A stretch of DNA of 48,184 nucleotides from an uncultured Gammaproteobacteria bacterium (GTDB lineage: Bacteria; Patescibacteriota; Microgenomatia; Levybacterales; UBA12049): assembly GCA_964460145.1 (NCBI GenBank), contig CAYWPH010000003.1:1-48184 (forward strand), given 5' to 3'. Under the pieces are notes generated by a model. The model worked only from the letters and a program-made list of their open reading frames with translations. It was not told where the DNA came from and did not search any database. Shown here in pieces: positions 9,457 through 17,659 of this stretch. The position numbers and the translations under genes are program-made. The first letter of the stretch is position 1. Each line of letters opens with the position of its first letter.

Positions 9457-10696
9457 TTCCGTACACCGCCCTCTTTATGTAATTATAAGTGCTTGAACAC
9501 TCTCTTTTAAAGTTGTAGATTGGTTTTCCTGCGCTTCCAGGCGCAAAACTGGTTTTTGAGTTCATTACATAGAGCATTGTTGCCTCGGCCATAGACTCGC
9601 TGGCAGGAATAGTTGTTCTTAAGGAGTAAGATTTTATAAAGCCTCTGTCGTAACACGTTTTATCTCCTCTGGCAAGGTTTCTTAGCCAAGACGTACTCAT
9701 AATAAGAGGTTGTGTTTGTTGTCTGATTTGATGTCCAGTTTCATGCAAAAGTAGAGGAGTTGGTCCATTTCTGTAAAAACAACTAAATCCAGACGAGTCA
9801 TTTACGACATAAAGCTTAATGTTGTTTGGTGTTAAAACATCCCCGCCGCAGCTATTTGTTCGGGCGCCGTTATAGACCCTAATCTTAAACGGTCCTGCTT
9901 TTTTTAACAAGTTATAATAATTTGAAGACTTGCTTGAAATCGCATACGTTCTATATATCGCTTGAAGATGATAACACGAAGAATCCTTAAATATTGTGTT
10001 TCCAAGATAAACAGATACGCCAAAAACACTCTTAAGCATATCCCATACTTGATTACAGGAGGGAACAGGAACCGGGCCAGGGCCAGGATCAGGAGAAGAG
10101 TTAGTAATTGTAATTTCAGGAGTGCTATATTGTGAACAGTTATCTTGATTAGATGAAGAGCAAACATTTACAAAAATATATATCTTTTGGTCGCTATTAA
10201 CTTTTGGCGGAGTATACGAGGTTGTTGTTCCTTGGGGTGCACTAAAAGTGCCTCCAATTTGAGGAAGATCCCAAGAATAAGTAACGTTTTCACTGCAGTT
10301 TTCAAGAGTAAGGACTGCAGGAACACTGTTGTTTATTGTCGTTGGGCTTGCGGTTAAACTCTTGCATGTAGGAGGCGCAGATACACCTGTAAAGATGACT
10401 ATAACTACAATAATAACCAATACAAAAAATCCTACGATTAAAGCAATTGGTCCCCAAACAGGAGCAGACGCTATGAGAGCAGATCCCGCAGCTACAACCG
10501 TTTGTCCGCCTCTAATTACAGTAGACGCAGTTCGTAATGTTTTTGCAGCTCCTTTTGCAGTTTTTACTCCTTTTTTGGCTGTTTCTAAAGTGCTTTTTGC
10601 ATTTCTTGCCGTATCAATTCCCTGATTTAGCCTGTCTATTGCGCTTTTTTGTTGCTTTTCTTGTCCTTGTCCCTCTTGTCTTTCGTTTTTATCCAT
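9437..10696 (-). CDS. Membrane-anchored ectoprotein with a C-terminal HExxH (zinc-metallopeptidase-like) domain
   Basis: 419 aa: charged N-terminus, one long TM (VWGPIALIVGFFVLVIIVVIVIF), a Cys-containing Ig-like stretch, a PDPGPGPVPVP linker, then LLLHETGHQIRQQ (HETGH encoded at 9731..9745). Confidence 0.5.
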   Translation of the reverse strand: MDKNERQEGQGQEKQQKSAIDRLNQGIDTARNAKSTLETAKKGVKTAKGAAKTLRTASTVIRGGQTVVAAGSALIASAPVWGPIALIVGFFVLVIIVVIVIFTGVSAPPTCKSLTASPTTINNSVPAVLTLENCSENVTYSWDLPQIGGTFSAPQGTTTSYTPPKVNSDQKIYIFVNVCSSSNQDNCSQYSTPEITITNSSPDPGPGPVPVPSCNQVWDMLKSVFGVSVYLGNTIFKDSSCYHLQAIYRTYAISSKSSNYYNLLKKAGPFKIRVYNGARTNSCGGDVLTPNNIKLYVVNDSSGFSCFYRNGPTPLLLHETGHQIRQQTQPLIMSTSWLRNLARGDKTCYDRGFIKSYSLRTTIPASESMAEATMLYVMNSKTSFAPGSAGKPIYNFKRECSSTYNYIKRAVYGNDYEFN

Positions 10697-10714
10697 AGAT
10701 TAATAATAACAAAA

Positions 10715-12547
10715 TTAAGGATTATTGGTTGATTCGCCAGCTTGGGGGTTGTTAGATTGTTCAGTTGATGCTTTTACCTGATCTAATATTTCCTGCGGAT
10801 TTGAGGTTATTGTTTCATGTTCAAAAGAAGCGGCAACAACCTGTATTGCAACATGGTTTTGTCCGGCAAAGAAAAGTCCTTCTCCAACGTTTGCAGACAA
10901 AAGCAGCTGTTTTTCACCGCTAGTTAAATAGAAAACATCAGATACAAGATCAATTTCTGAAGGGCTTTGTTTTAAAAGCATCTGAATAGATGAGTTAGAA
11001 AGTACTGCTTTTCCATAATCAGTTGAGAGAAAATCCCGAACGTCTTGGGTAATGGTTGTAAGACCTAGGTAATATTTTCTGCTTCTTTTAGCAATTGAAT
11101 AGACAAAAGAAGCTGAGTCTTCATATTTCATCATATACCAGGCTTCATCTAATATTAAAAGCCTTTTTTTAAGGTCTTTTTTAACCTTTGTCCAGACAAA
11201 ATCCAAGATTATGTGCATTGCAATCGGTCTTAGTTCGTCTTCCAAAGCTTTTATGTTAAATACGGTTAATGGATTTGAAATGTCAAAGTTGGATTGCTGG
11301 TTAAATATTCCGGACAATGATCCTTTAATAAATTTCTCAAGCATTAGAGCCAGTTCTTTTGCTTTTTCGTCTTCCATGCCAAGCAAAACTTTATATAAGT
11401 CTTCCATTAAAGGAGGCTGCTTTTTCTGCGTAGAGGGATCTGTTGTTATTCCTTTTTGTCTGTATGTTTCAACCAAGGCTCTATCTAATATTGCATCTTG
11501 GGTTGCGTTAAGTTTTCCCATAACGATTTTTAAAAGACCATGGAGAGAAAGTATTTTAAGTCCAAGTTCGTTTTCCCCCTCCTCATACATTCCGGATAAA
11601 TCAAAAGGATTGATTTTAATAGCAGAGGAGGCTGTAAAAGCAACTTCTTCTCCATCCAATTGTTTAGCAAGTTTTTCATATTCTCCTTCGGGATCAATGA
11701 CTATAACCTCAGTCCCAAACATAAACTGTCTGATAACCTCAAGTTTAATAAGATAGGATTTTCCGGCACCGCTTTTTCCCAAAATTACCTCATTTGCGTT
11801 TTCAAGGGAATACCTGTCAAAGATAATTAATGAGCCGTTTTGCTGGTTAATTCCATACATTACTCCTTTGTCTTGGGTAAGCATAGCTGAAGTAAAAGGA
11901 AAAGTTGAGGCAAGAGAAGTTGTATCCATATTTCTGGTAATATACAGCCTGTCTTCTCCAAGAGGAATGGTTGATTTAAACCCGTCTTCCATTTGTAAAG
12001 TAGCCACTTTTGGAAGTAAAAGAATTGAGCTTAAAGTCGCGTTTAGTCTTTTTGAAGCTTCGTTTAATTCCTGTAGGTCTTCAGAGACAAGAGATACGTA
12101 GAGGCTGAATTGAAAAAACCTTTCAATTCCTTTCGCAAGTTCCTCCTGAACGGAAAGAGCGTCTTCCAAGGATGCTTTTACCTTTGGATCTATATCCAGT
12201 CCCTCATCTTCATCTGAGGCAATTGTTGCTTCCATTTCTGCAATTTTTCTTCTTAGATCTGATAAAACGTCAGCAGTAAGCGAGGGATAAATAAACATTG
12301 AGATATCCATAGAGTGGTCAAAGTTAATCAAGGGCTCAAGCCAGTTTGGATTAACGTATCTTGGATAGCCTGCCACAAAAAATGTTTTATGAAGTTTTTC
12401 TCCGATTCTAATATTATTAAAATCAACCTCAATTGAGGAAGGGGATATGATGTCTGGAACAGAATTCATTCCTCTTTGCAAGCTCAGGATAGATTCCGGA
12501 ATGCTTGATACAGCTTGTGGTTTTTTGTTTTTCTTTCTTCCAAACAT
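10715..12547 (-). CDS. virB4: VirB4/TrbE/PrgJ-family T4SS ATPase
   Basis: 610 aa with Walker A LGKSGAGKS (11756..11779), Walker B RLLILDEAWYMM, TTITQDVRDF, and a C-terminal GEKQLLLSANVGEGLFFAGQNHVAIQVVAS, typical of monoderm VirB4 homologues. Confidence 0.85.
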   Translation of the reverse strand: MFGRKKNKKPQAVSSIPESILSLQRGMNSVPDIISPSSIEVDFNNIRIGEKLHKTFFVAGYPRYVNPNWLEPLINFDHSMDISMFIYPSLTADVLSDLRRKIAEMEATIASDEDEGLDIDPKVKASLEDALSVQEELAKGIERFFQFSLYVSLVSEDLQELNEASKRLNATLSSILLLPKVATLQMEDGFKSTIPLGEDRLYITRNMDTTSLASTFPFTSAMLTQDKGVMYGINQQNGSLIIFDRYSLENANEVILGKSGAGKSYLIKLEVIRQFMFGTEVIVIDPEGEYEKLAKQLDGEEVAFTASSAIKINPFDLSGMYEEGENELGLKILSLHGLLKIVMGKLNATQDAILDRALVETYRQKGITTDPSTQKKQPPLMEDLYKVLLGMEDEKAKELALMLEKFIKGSLSGIFNQQSNFDISNPLTVFNIKALEDELRPIAMHIILDFVWTKVKKDLKKRLLILDEAWYMMKYEDSASFVYSIAKRSRKYYLGLTTITQDVRDFLSTDYGKAVLSNSSIQMLLKQSPSEIDLVSDVFYLTSGEKQLLLSANVGEGLFFAGQNHVAIQVVAASFEHETITSNPQEILDQVKASTEQSNNPQAGESTNNP

Positions 12548-13206
12548 TATTTCCCCTCCTTTCCGCTTACTATTGATGACTTTTCTGATCCTTGGGTATG
12601 CGATGGATGAATAGCCTGCTCGTTAAAGATGTCATAGAAAAGCTTTATTAGTTTGTCTTTATCTAAGACTTCTGACTTTAAGCCAATTCTGTTTAGCTGA
12701 GACTTTATCGTATCTGCTTTAACGTGCAAGGCTGATCTTGCGGAAATGGCAAAAGCGTCTTTTGCGCCCTTACCCAAGGCTTGCCCTGCTCCCAAAGCCC
12801 CTTTTTCCAGGGCTGAATACGAAATGACAACGTAGAATTTTTTATCTAAAACAGTATTTATTTTAATAAGCTCTGCTACAAAGTTTCTATATAATTCGAT
12901 TTGTTTTGCAAGAGCTTGATTTTGGGTTTTTTTAGCTTCAGCTGCTAGGGAATTTAAATATGATGATATATCTACCTGTTTGCTTCTTACAACGATTTGA
13001 ATAGGGAAAGAAAGGGAATTTAATAAGGCAGAGTAGGAATATATTTTTGCGTCCTGTTCGTCAATTGACAAAAGTTCAAAGTTTGTAGCCTGGACTTCAA
13101 TTACTACGCAGGCATTTCCTCCATTTAAAACAACGATATCTTCATAAATATCACTTATTTCAATAAACTTTTGTGTTGAACTTTGTTTTAAGGCAGATTT
13201 TGCCAT
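12547..13206 (-). CDS. Hypothetical soluble protein translationally coupled between the PrgI-like gene and virB4
   Basis: 219 aa with no TM. TAATG stop/start overlaps at both ends (13204..13208 and 12545..12549). The N-terminal pattern (IEISDIYEDIVVLNGGNACVVIEVQATNFELLSIDEQDAKIYSY...FPIQIVV) loosely resembles N-terminal regions of conjugative ATPases. Confidence 0.4.
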   Translation of the reverse strand: MAKSALKQSSTQKFIEISDIYEDIVVLNGGNACVVIEVQATNFELLSIDEQDAKIYSYSALLNSLSFPIQIVVRSKQVDISSYLNSLAAEAKKTQNQALAKQIELYRNFVAELIKINTVLDKKFYVVISYSALEKGALGAGQALGKGAKDAFAISARSALHVKADTIKSQLNRIGLKSEVLDKDKLIKLFYDIFNEQAIHPSHTQGSEKSSIVSGKEGK

Positions 13207-14414
13207 TAGTTAAATAGAGACCTCCTTAGCTCTTCTCTTTTATCTACAGAAATAACTTCAATAGGCATAATGACCTGACCTGTTGCCTCAAAAGTAATGG
13301 TGTCAAACCTATTTTGTTCTTTAGGATCTTCAAAAGTAATTGTATATTTGCCGTTATTTAATGCTGTTGCTGAGGCAAAATGCCCAAGCGCGTTTGTTTT
13401 AAAAGCCCTGACTGCATTTCCTTCCGTGTCTTTTACTTCAACCAAGATGTTTCCCAAAGGATTTCCCCTTGGGTCTTTAATAATACCTGTCAGTAAATTT
13501 GGAAATTCAGGAGTTGTCGGAAGTCCTACGCTTTGAGTCATGTTTTGGGGAATACTCCGTACGTATTGCGTTTGTTTTGTGGGGTTTTCTTTTGCCATTG
13601 AAGGAGAAAACACTGGTCCCTGGGGTTGTCCTACTGTTTTTTGCATTTCAATAAGTCTTTTCTCAAGATCCTGTTTTTGGGAAAACATCTCATTTAGTTT
13701 TCCTTGAAGCTCTAACACTTTTTGGTGAGTTTCTAAAAACGCTTTTGAATCTATCCTATCTTCTTTTGCTTCTATTTGTTTTGCCTGAGCCAGCTCTTTT
13801 TCTAAAACAGCTGCGGTTTTAAGCAGGTTTTCCTGAGACAATATTTCATCAGGAGTTTTTACTGTTTGATCTTGTTTTTGGTTTTGCAATAGATTTGGTT
13901 GTTGGTTAGGAGCTTGTCTTGCAAAAAAATGTGATGGAATATTTCCAGGAGCTACATTCTCCTTTGGGATAGGAGCGGAGTACGAAGCTAAACTTTGAAA
14001 AAACACAGATTCTTTTTGATCGAGCTTATTTTTCCTTTTGGGAAATTTATTTAGAAATTGTCTAAACTGTTGATCCGATGACAACTTAGGATTAGCGCCC
14101 GGAGTTGTTTGCATAACAAGATTAGCTCCCTGTTTTTGATATACATATTGCGTTGGGCTAAAAACAGCCTTAAAAAAGTTTGCGATCATTGTATCAAGAG
14201 GTCTTCCTTCAATCGGAATAAACGCAAGAGCAACGCCTATTAAAACAAAAATTACTGCAAGAGGTATTTTTATAAAATCATTTAAGGGCGTTACGAAAAA
14301 AAACCAGCCTATTAAGACACCAACTGCAACGTAGGCAAACTGTTTTACAGTCATATCGCCTATAAGCTTAAACTGAAAGCCTGTAATGTCTTGTGGTATA
14401 GGATGGTTTTCCAT
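13206..14414 (-). CDS. PrgI/VirB3-like membrane protein fused to a Q/P-rich coiled-coil linker and a CarboxypepD_reg-like beta-sandwich
   Basis: 402 aa. The N-terminus (PIPQDITGFQFKLIGDMTVKQFAYVAVGVLIGWFFFV plus a second TM) matches the PrgI-family pattern. The C-terminus (GIIKDPRGNPLGNILVEVKDTEGNAVRAFKTNALGHFASATALNNGKYTITFEDP) matches the carboxypeptidase-regulatory-like fold pattern. Confidence 0.6.
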   Translation of the reverse strand: MENHPIPQDITGFQFKLIGDMTVKQFAYVAVGVLIGWFFFVTPLNDFIKIPLAVIFVLIGVALAFIPIEGRPLDTMIANFFKAVFSPTQYVYQKQGANLVMQTTPGANPKLSSDQQFRQFLNKFPKRKNKLDQKESVFFQSLASYSAPIPKENVAPGNIPSHFFARQAPNQQPNLLQNQKQDQTVKTPDEILSQENLLKTAAVLEKELAQAKQIEAKEDRIDSKAFLETHQKVLELQGKLNEMFSQKQDLEKRLIEMQKTVGQPQGPVFSPSMAKENPTKQTQYVRSIPQNMTQSVGLPTTPEFPNLLTGIIKDPRGNPLGNILVEVKDTEGNAVRAFKTNALGHFASATALNNGKYTITFEDPKEQNRFDTITFEATGQVIMPIEVISVDKREELRRSLFN

Positions 14415-14532
14415 ATATTAAGTAAATACTATTAATTAGTACCTATTACTATTGTTTACCGTGAAAAATATCATTTCAAGATTATCAAACTGGGTCAAAC
14501 TTGGATTAAAGTGGATAAAATTTGTGTGAAAA

Positions 14533-14874
14533 CTATACGCCTAGTTTAATATTTCTTATTGCATCAACTCCGGTAAAGTCTGCAATGAGGTTGATTATGA
14601 AAAAAGAAAGAAAAACTACAATAAGGCCAATAAGGGCAAAAGTAAGCATTTTTCTGGCGCTATCAACACTTTTTGGGTCTCCGCCTGAGTTAATAAGTTT
14701 AATTCCTGAATAAATTACTAAAAATAGGGCAAAAATTGTTGCAACAATTAAAGACCAGTTGATTACAACTTTAATTATTTGAGGAATACAGCTTAGGGTT
14801 GGGGCGTCAATTCCTTCAGGGATACAAGTCTTCCAATCAACAGATAAGAATTCCATATAAGGTAACAATAGCAA
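14533..14874 (-). CDS. VirB2/TrbC-like T4SS pilin (paralog 5)
   Basis: 113 aa with a two-helix hairpin (TM1 LIVATIFALFLVIYSGIKLI, loop NSGGDPKSVDSARKM, TM2 LTFALIGLIVVFLSFFIINLI) and a Cys-x11-Cys loop before TM1. Confidence 0.7.
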   Translation of the reverse strand: MLLLPYMEFLSVDWKTCIPEGIDAPTLSCIPQIIKVVINWSLIVATIFALFLVIYSGIKLINSGGDPKSVDSARKMLTFALIGLIVVFLSFFIINLIADFTGVDAIRNIKLGV

Positions 14875-14898
14875 AGTAATTATTTTACTTCAAGTGGA

Positions 14899-15300
14899 TT
14901 ATTGAGGATTTGGTGTATCAAGGGTTGGTAAAGTGAACTCGCTTAGACTAAATCCTGGAATAAAGAATCCTATTATAAAGTTAAGTATGAAATAGGAAAG
15001 GAAGATTACAACTAATCCTACAATTGCTGCAACAATATGTTCTCTTGCTCCCTGAACTGCTGTTTTATCTCCGCCTGATGTTAACCATTTAAATCCTCCC
15101 CAGATTAAGTAGAGAAGGGCAACTATAACAGACAGAATGAAGATAAGGTTTATAAGACCGACAATTATTTTTCCAATCTCGGGTTCACAAAGTGGTTGAA
15201 ATCTTGTTCCCTCAGCTGCGCATAGGGTTTCAGCAAAAGCAGAAGGGACAAAGCTTAAGAAAGCTACTAGTGGAGTTAATGCTACAAGTACTTTTTTCAT
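14899..15300 (-). CDS. VirB2/TrbC-like T4SS pilin (paralog 4) with signal peptide
   Basis: 133 aa with a signal peptide (MKKVLVALTPLVAFLSFVPSAFA), a C-x10-C loop, and the hairpin IVALLYLIWGGFKWLTSGGDKTAVQGAREHIVAAIVGLVVIFLSYFILNFI. Confidence 0.75.
   Translation of the reverse strand: MKKVLVALTPLVAFLSFVPSAFAETLCAAEGTRFQPLCEPEIGKIIVGLINLIFILSVIVALLYLIWGGFKWLTSGGDKTAVQGAREHIVAAIVGLVVIFLSYFILNFIIGFFIPGFSLSEFTLPTLDTPNPQ
14942..15168. repeat. Direct repeat copy A (pilin paralog 4 core)
   Basis: 227 nt aligns without gaps to 15509..15735 (offset 567 nt). About 16 mismatches fall in the first ~114 nt; 15056..15168 is then 100% identical to 15623..15735 (113 nt). Confidence 0.85.
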
Positions 15301-15311
15301 GTATTAATTAA

Positions 15312-15340
15312 ATGCTAGGTTGTTTTTTTTATTTTGTCAA
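15312..15340 (-). promoter_or_regulatory. Sigma70-like promoter of pilin paralog 4
   Basis: Minus strand: TTGACA (15340..15335), 17 nt, TAGCAT (15317..15312), 11 nt, ATG 15300. No SD in the gap. Confidence 0.45.
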
Positions 15341-15378
15341 GACCCACTTTATGTTTGAATTTATTAAAAGTTGATTAT

Positions 15379-15870
15379 CTATTTTTTACAATAACAAACT
15401 AAGGTTCCGCCTACTAAAGTACAGGATTCTTTTTGTGGAGGTCTGCAGGTTACATGTCCACCGGTATATTGCCCACTTGGATTAGTGAGTGTTGGTATTG
15501 TAAAATTTCTTAGGCTAAATCCTGGAATAAAGAATCCGATTATAAAGTTAAGAATAAAATATGACATAAATATTACAACTAACCCTACGATTGCAGCAAC
15601 AATGTGTTCTCTTGCTCCCTGTACTGCTGTTTTATCTCCGCCTGATGTTAACCATTTAAATCCTCCCCAGATTAAGTAGAGAAGGGCAACTATAACAGAC
15701 AGAATGAAGATAAGGTTTATAAGACCGACAATTATATCTCCAATTTGTGGGTCGCATAAAGCTTTAAATTGGCCTTTTTTTGAACAGAGACTTTCTTTGG
15801 CCGCAAACGAGTATGATGCAAAGCTTAAAAAACCTACGGCAGAAAAAATAAATGAAGCCAATTTTTTCAC
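15379..15870 (-). CDS. VirB2/TrbC-like T4SS pilin (paralog 3) with a Cys-rich C-terminal tail
   Basis: 163 aa, GTG start, signal peptide. Same hairpin as paralog 4, plus a C-terminal extension (GGHVTCRPPQKESCTLVGGTLVCYCKK). Confidence 0.75.
   Translation of the reverse strand: MKKLASFIFSAVGFLSFASYSFAAKESLCSKKGQFKALCDPQIGDIIVGLINLIFILSVIVALLYLIWGGFKWLTSGGDKTAVQGAREHIVAAIVGLVVIFMSYFILNFIIGFFIPGFSLRNFTIPTLTNPSGQYTGGHVTCRPPQKESCTLVGGTLVCYCKK
15509..15735. repeat. Direct repeat copy B (pilin paralog 3 core)
   Basis: Partner of 14942..15168; see that entry. Confidence 0.85.
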
Positions 15871-15879
15871 TTTAACTAA

Positions 15880-15908
15880 ATCGTAGATGAGTTTTTTTCA
15901 ATTGTCAA
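15880..15908 (-). promoter_or_regulatory. Sigma70-like promoter of pilin paralog 3
   Basis: Minus strand: TTGACA (15908..15903, overlapping the stop of the upstream pilin), 17 nt, TACGAT (15885..15880), 9 nt, GTG 15870. Confidence 0.45.
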
Positions 15909-16246
15909 GTTTTAGGAAAAGGAATAGCGTCTAAAAGTTTAAACCCAAAAAATCCTGTTACAAAATTGATTATAAAAAAAGATAGAAATACTACAATAAG
16001 ACCAACTAAAGCATAGGTCATTCTTTGTTTTGCTGAAGCAATCTTTTGCTTATCTCCAACAGAAGTCATCCATAACCAGCCTGAATATATTAAAACCAAA
16101 AGAGCAAAAATTATTGCAAAAATAAAAAGATAATTGATGGAAGCTTTTAATATATCAATTAACTTAGCTTCTCCACCTGTTGGAATATTTATTCCCGCCG
16201 GTGGGTTAATTTCTCCTCCTGGAAGCTTTATACTTAGTAAACCCAT
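15905..16246 (-). CDS. VirB2/TrbC-like T4SS pilin (paralog 2)
   Basis: 113 aa with the hairpin FAIIFALLVLIYSGWLWMTSVGDKQKIASAKQRMTYALVGLIVVFLSFFIINFV. No Cys pair and no obvious signal peptide. Confidence 0.7.
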   Translation of the reverse strand: MGLLSIKLPGGEINPPAGINIPTGGEAKLIDILKASINYLFIFAIIFALLVLIYSGWLWMTSVGDKQKIASAKQRMTYALVGLIVVFLSFFIINFVTGFFGFKLLDAIPFPKT

Positions 16247-16252
16247 ATCTAT

Positions 16253-17653
16253 TTATTTAGTCTTTGGAATATCTATTAGTATATCTTTTCCGCTAGTTAA
16301 AGTATCAATCTTAAAAAGGTCATTGATTATAAATTGTAAAAGCACAAAAGAGAAAATGATAAACAAAAGTCCTACAATCGCAGAAGTTAATTCTTCTTTT
16401 GCTTCCTGCACTTTTTCTGGATTTCCTTGGGAAAACATCAGCTTATATCCAGCCCTGATTATTAAAAGAACAACTATGCCTCCGGAAATACCAAGAATTA
16501 CTTCAAGAATTTTGGGAATTAACTCTAGGGGGTCTGTGGGTAACCGGCCTAATCCGCTAAAAACTCCCGTACATTCCTCGCCATCACTTACTGTTCCGCT
16601 TAGACTTTTTTCGCAGGGCGTTTTAAGAGGTTTTGCTTTCTCTTGTTCTGCTGGGGGTTGTTCTGTATTTTTTTGGCATCCCTTTCCTTGAGTACAGGAA
16701 GAGCCTTTTGCACAATAAGCTCTTAACTCAGGTGCTATACAAGTACCGTTGTTCGAATCAGCGCAATATTGACCATTCCATGTATATGCTGCTCCACATT
16801 TATAACAAACATCGCCTAATCTAGTTTGTGCCCTAACGCACTTATTGCTTTCATCTTGACATATTAGATTATCATTACAATCTCCAGGATCGCCATTTGC
16901 TGGATTACAAGTTGAGTTTAATGACCCATACGTTTTGCATGCCTGAGGCGGACCAGGATTAGAGCAATAGCCTTCTCCAGCATTACAAGTAGTTCCTTCC
17001 GCTGAACAATCTACTCTTCTAATTGAAGGCACGTAATCTGTTCCTTTTGAGCAACGGTTATATTGGTAATTCCATGCGTATCCATCAGGACATAAAGGAC
17101 AGCTTTTAGGAGTAGGAGGATCTTCTGCGGAAAAACCAGCTGCAATGTTAATGTATAATGTCGTACTAATTCTCGTTGGATCGTAAAAAATTTGTTGGCA
17201 TTTACTGTCCATGTTTATATCTGTAACTGCCATGCCATAATCCCCCCTCCTAAAGGGATCTAGGTGGTCTCCAACTGTATTGCCATTGTGATCAAAGGCA
17301 TAATTGATAATAATGTTTCCGCCACTATCTGGATGGAACAAAATGGGCCCATCATTACCACTAATTACTCCTCCTTGTCCTCCGTACCCATCGGTTCGTC
17401 TAATAAAAACGTAATATCCCTGGCTTGGATCTGCGTTACCATTGGTGTTAATTATTAGGCCTGCTGGAATTACGCGGTCTCCTTCATCAAGATTTGTTGG
17501 CTTGTTTGGTAGAGTACATTCTCCGAATTCATCTGTGGCAAGCGCAGACATTTTAAATAAAGGAGACGCCCCTAGAATTACAAAAAGAGTTAGGAGTAAT
17601 AATAACTTTCTTAGCACGCTTTTATCGTAACTCAAAAAATAGTTAAATTGCAA
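16253..17653 (-). CDS. Large secreted Cys-rich ectodomain fused to a C-terminal T4SS pilin hairpin (paralog 1)
   Basis: 466 aa with a signal peptide and about 22 Cys (my count), mostly between aa ~150 and 345. Repeated motif CPDGYAWNYQYNRC / CGAAYTWNGQYC. The C-terminal 95 aa form a pilin hairpin (ISGGIVVLLIIRAGYKLMFSQGNPEKVQEAKEELTSAIVGLLFIIFSFVLLQFI). Confidence 0.65.
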   Translation of the reverse strand: MQFNYFLSYDKSVLRKLLLLLTLFVILGASPLFKMSALATDEFGECTLPNKPTNLDEGDRVIPAGLIINTNGNADPSQGYYVFIRRTDGYGGQGGVISGNDGPILFHPDSGGNIIINYAFDHNGNTVGDHLDPFRRGDYGMAVTDINMDSKCQQIFYDPTRISTTLYINIAAGFSAEDPPTPKSCPLCPDGYAWNYQYNRCSKGTDYVPSIRRVDCSAEGTTCNAGEGYCSNPGPPQACKTYGSLNSTCNPANGDPGDCNDNLICQDESNKCVRAQTRLGDVCYKCGAAYTWNGQYCADSNNGTCIAPELRAYCAKGSSCTQGKGCQKNTEQPPAEQEKAKPLKTPCEKSLSGTVSDGEECTGVFSGLGRLPTDPLELIPKILEVILGISGGIVVLLIIRAGYKLMFSQGNPEKVQEAKEELTSAIVGLLFIIFSFVLLQFIINDLFKIDTLTSGKDILIDIPKTK

Positions 17654-17659
17654 GTAAAT

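Noticed and set aside
14510-14518. 8/9 DnaA-box-like sequence (TTATCCACT on the minus strand) upstream of the PrgI-like gene
   Set aside because: A single imperfect box in AT-rich DNA is expected by chance, and no cluster is present.
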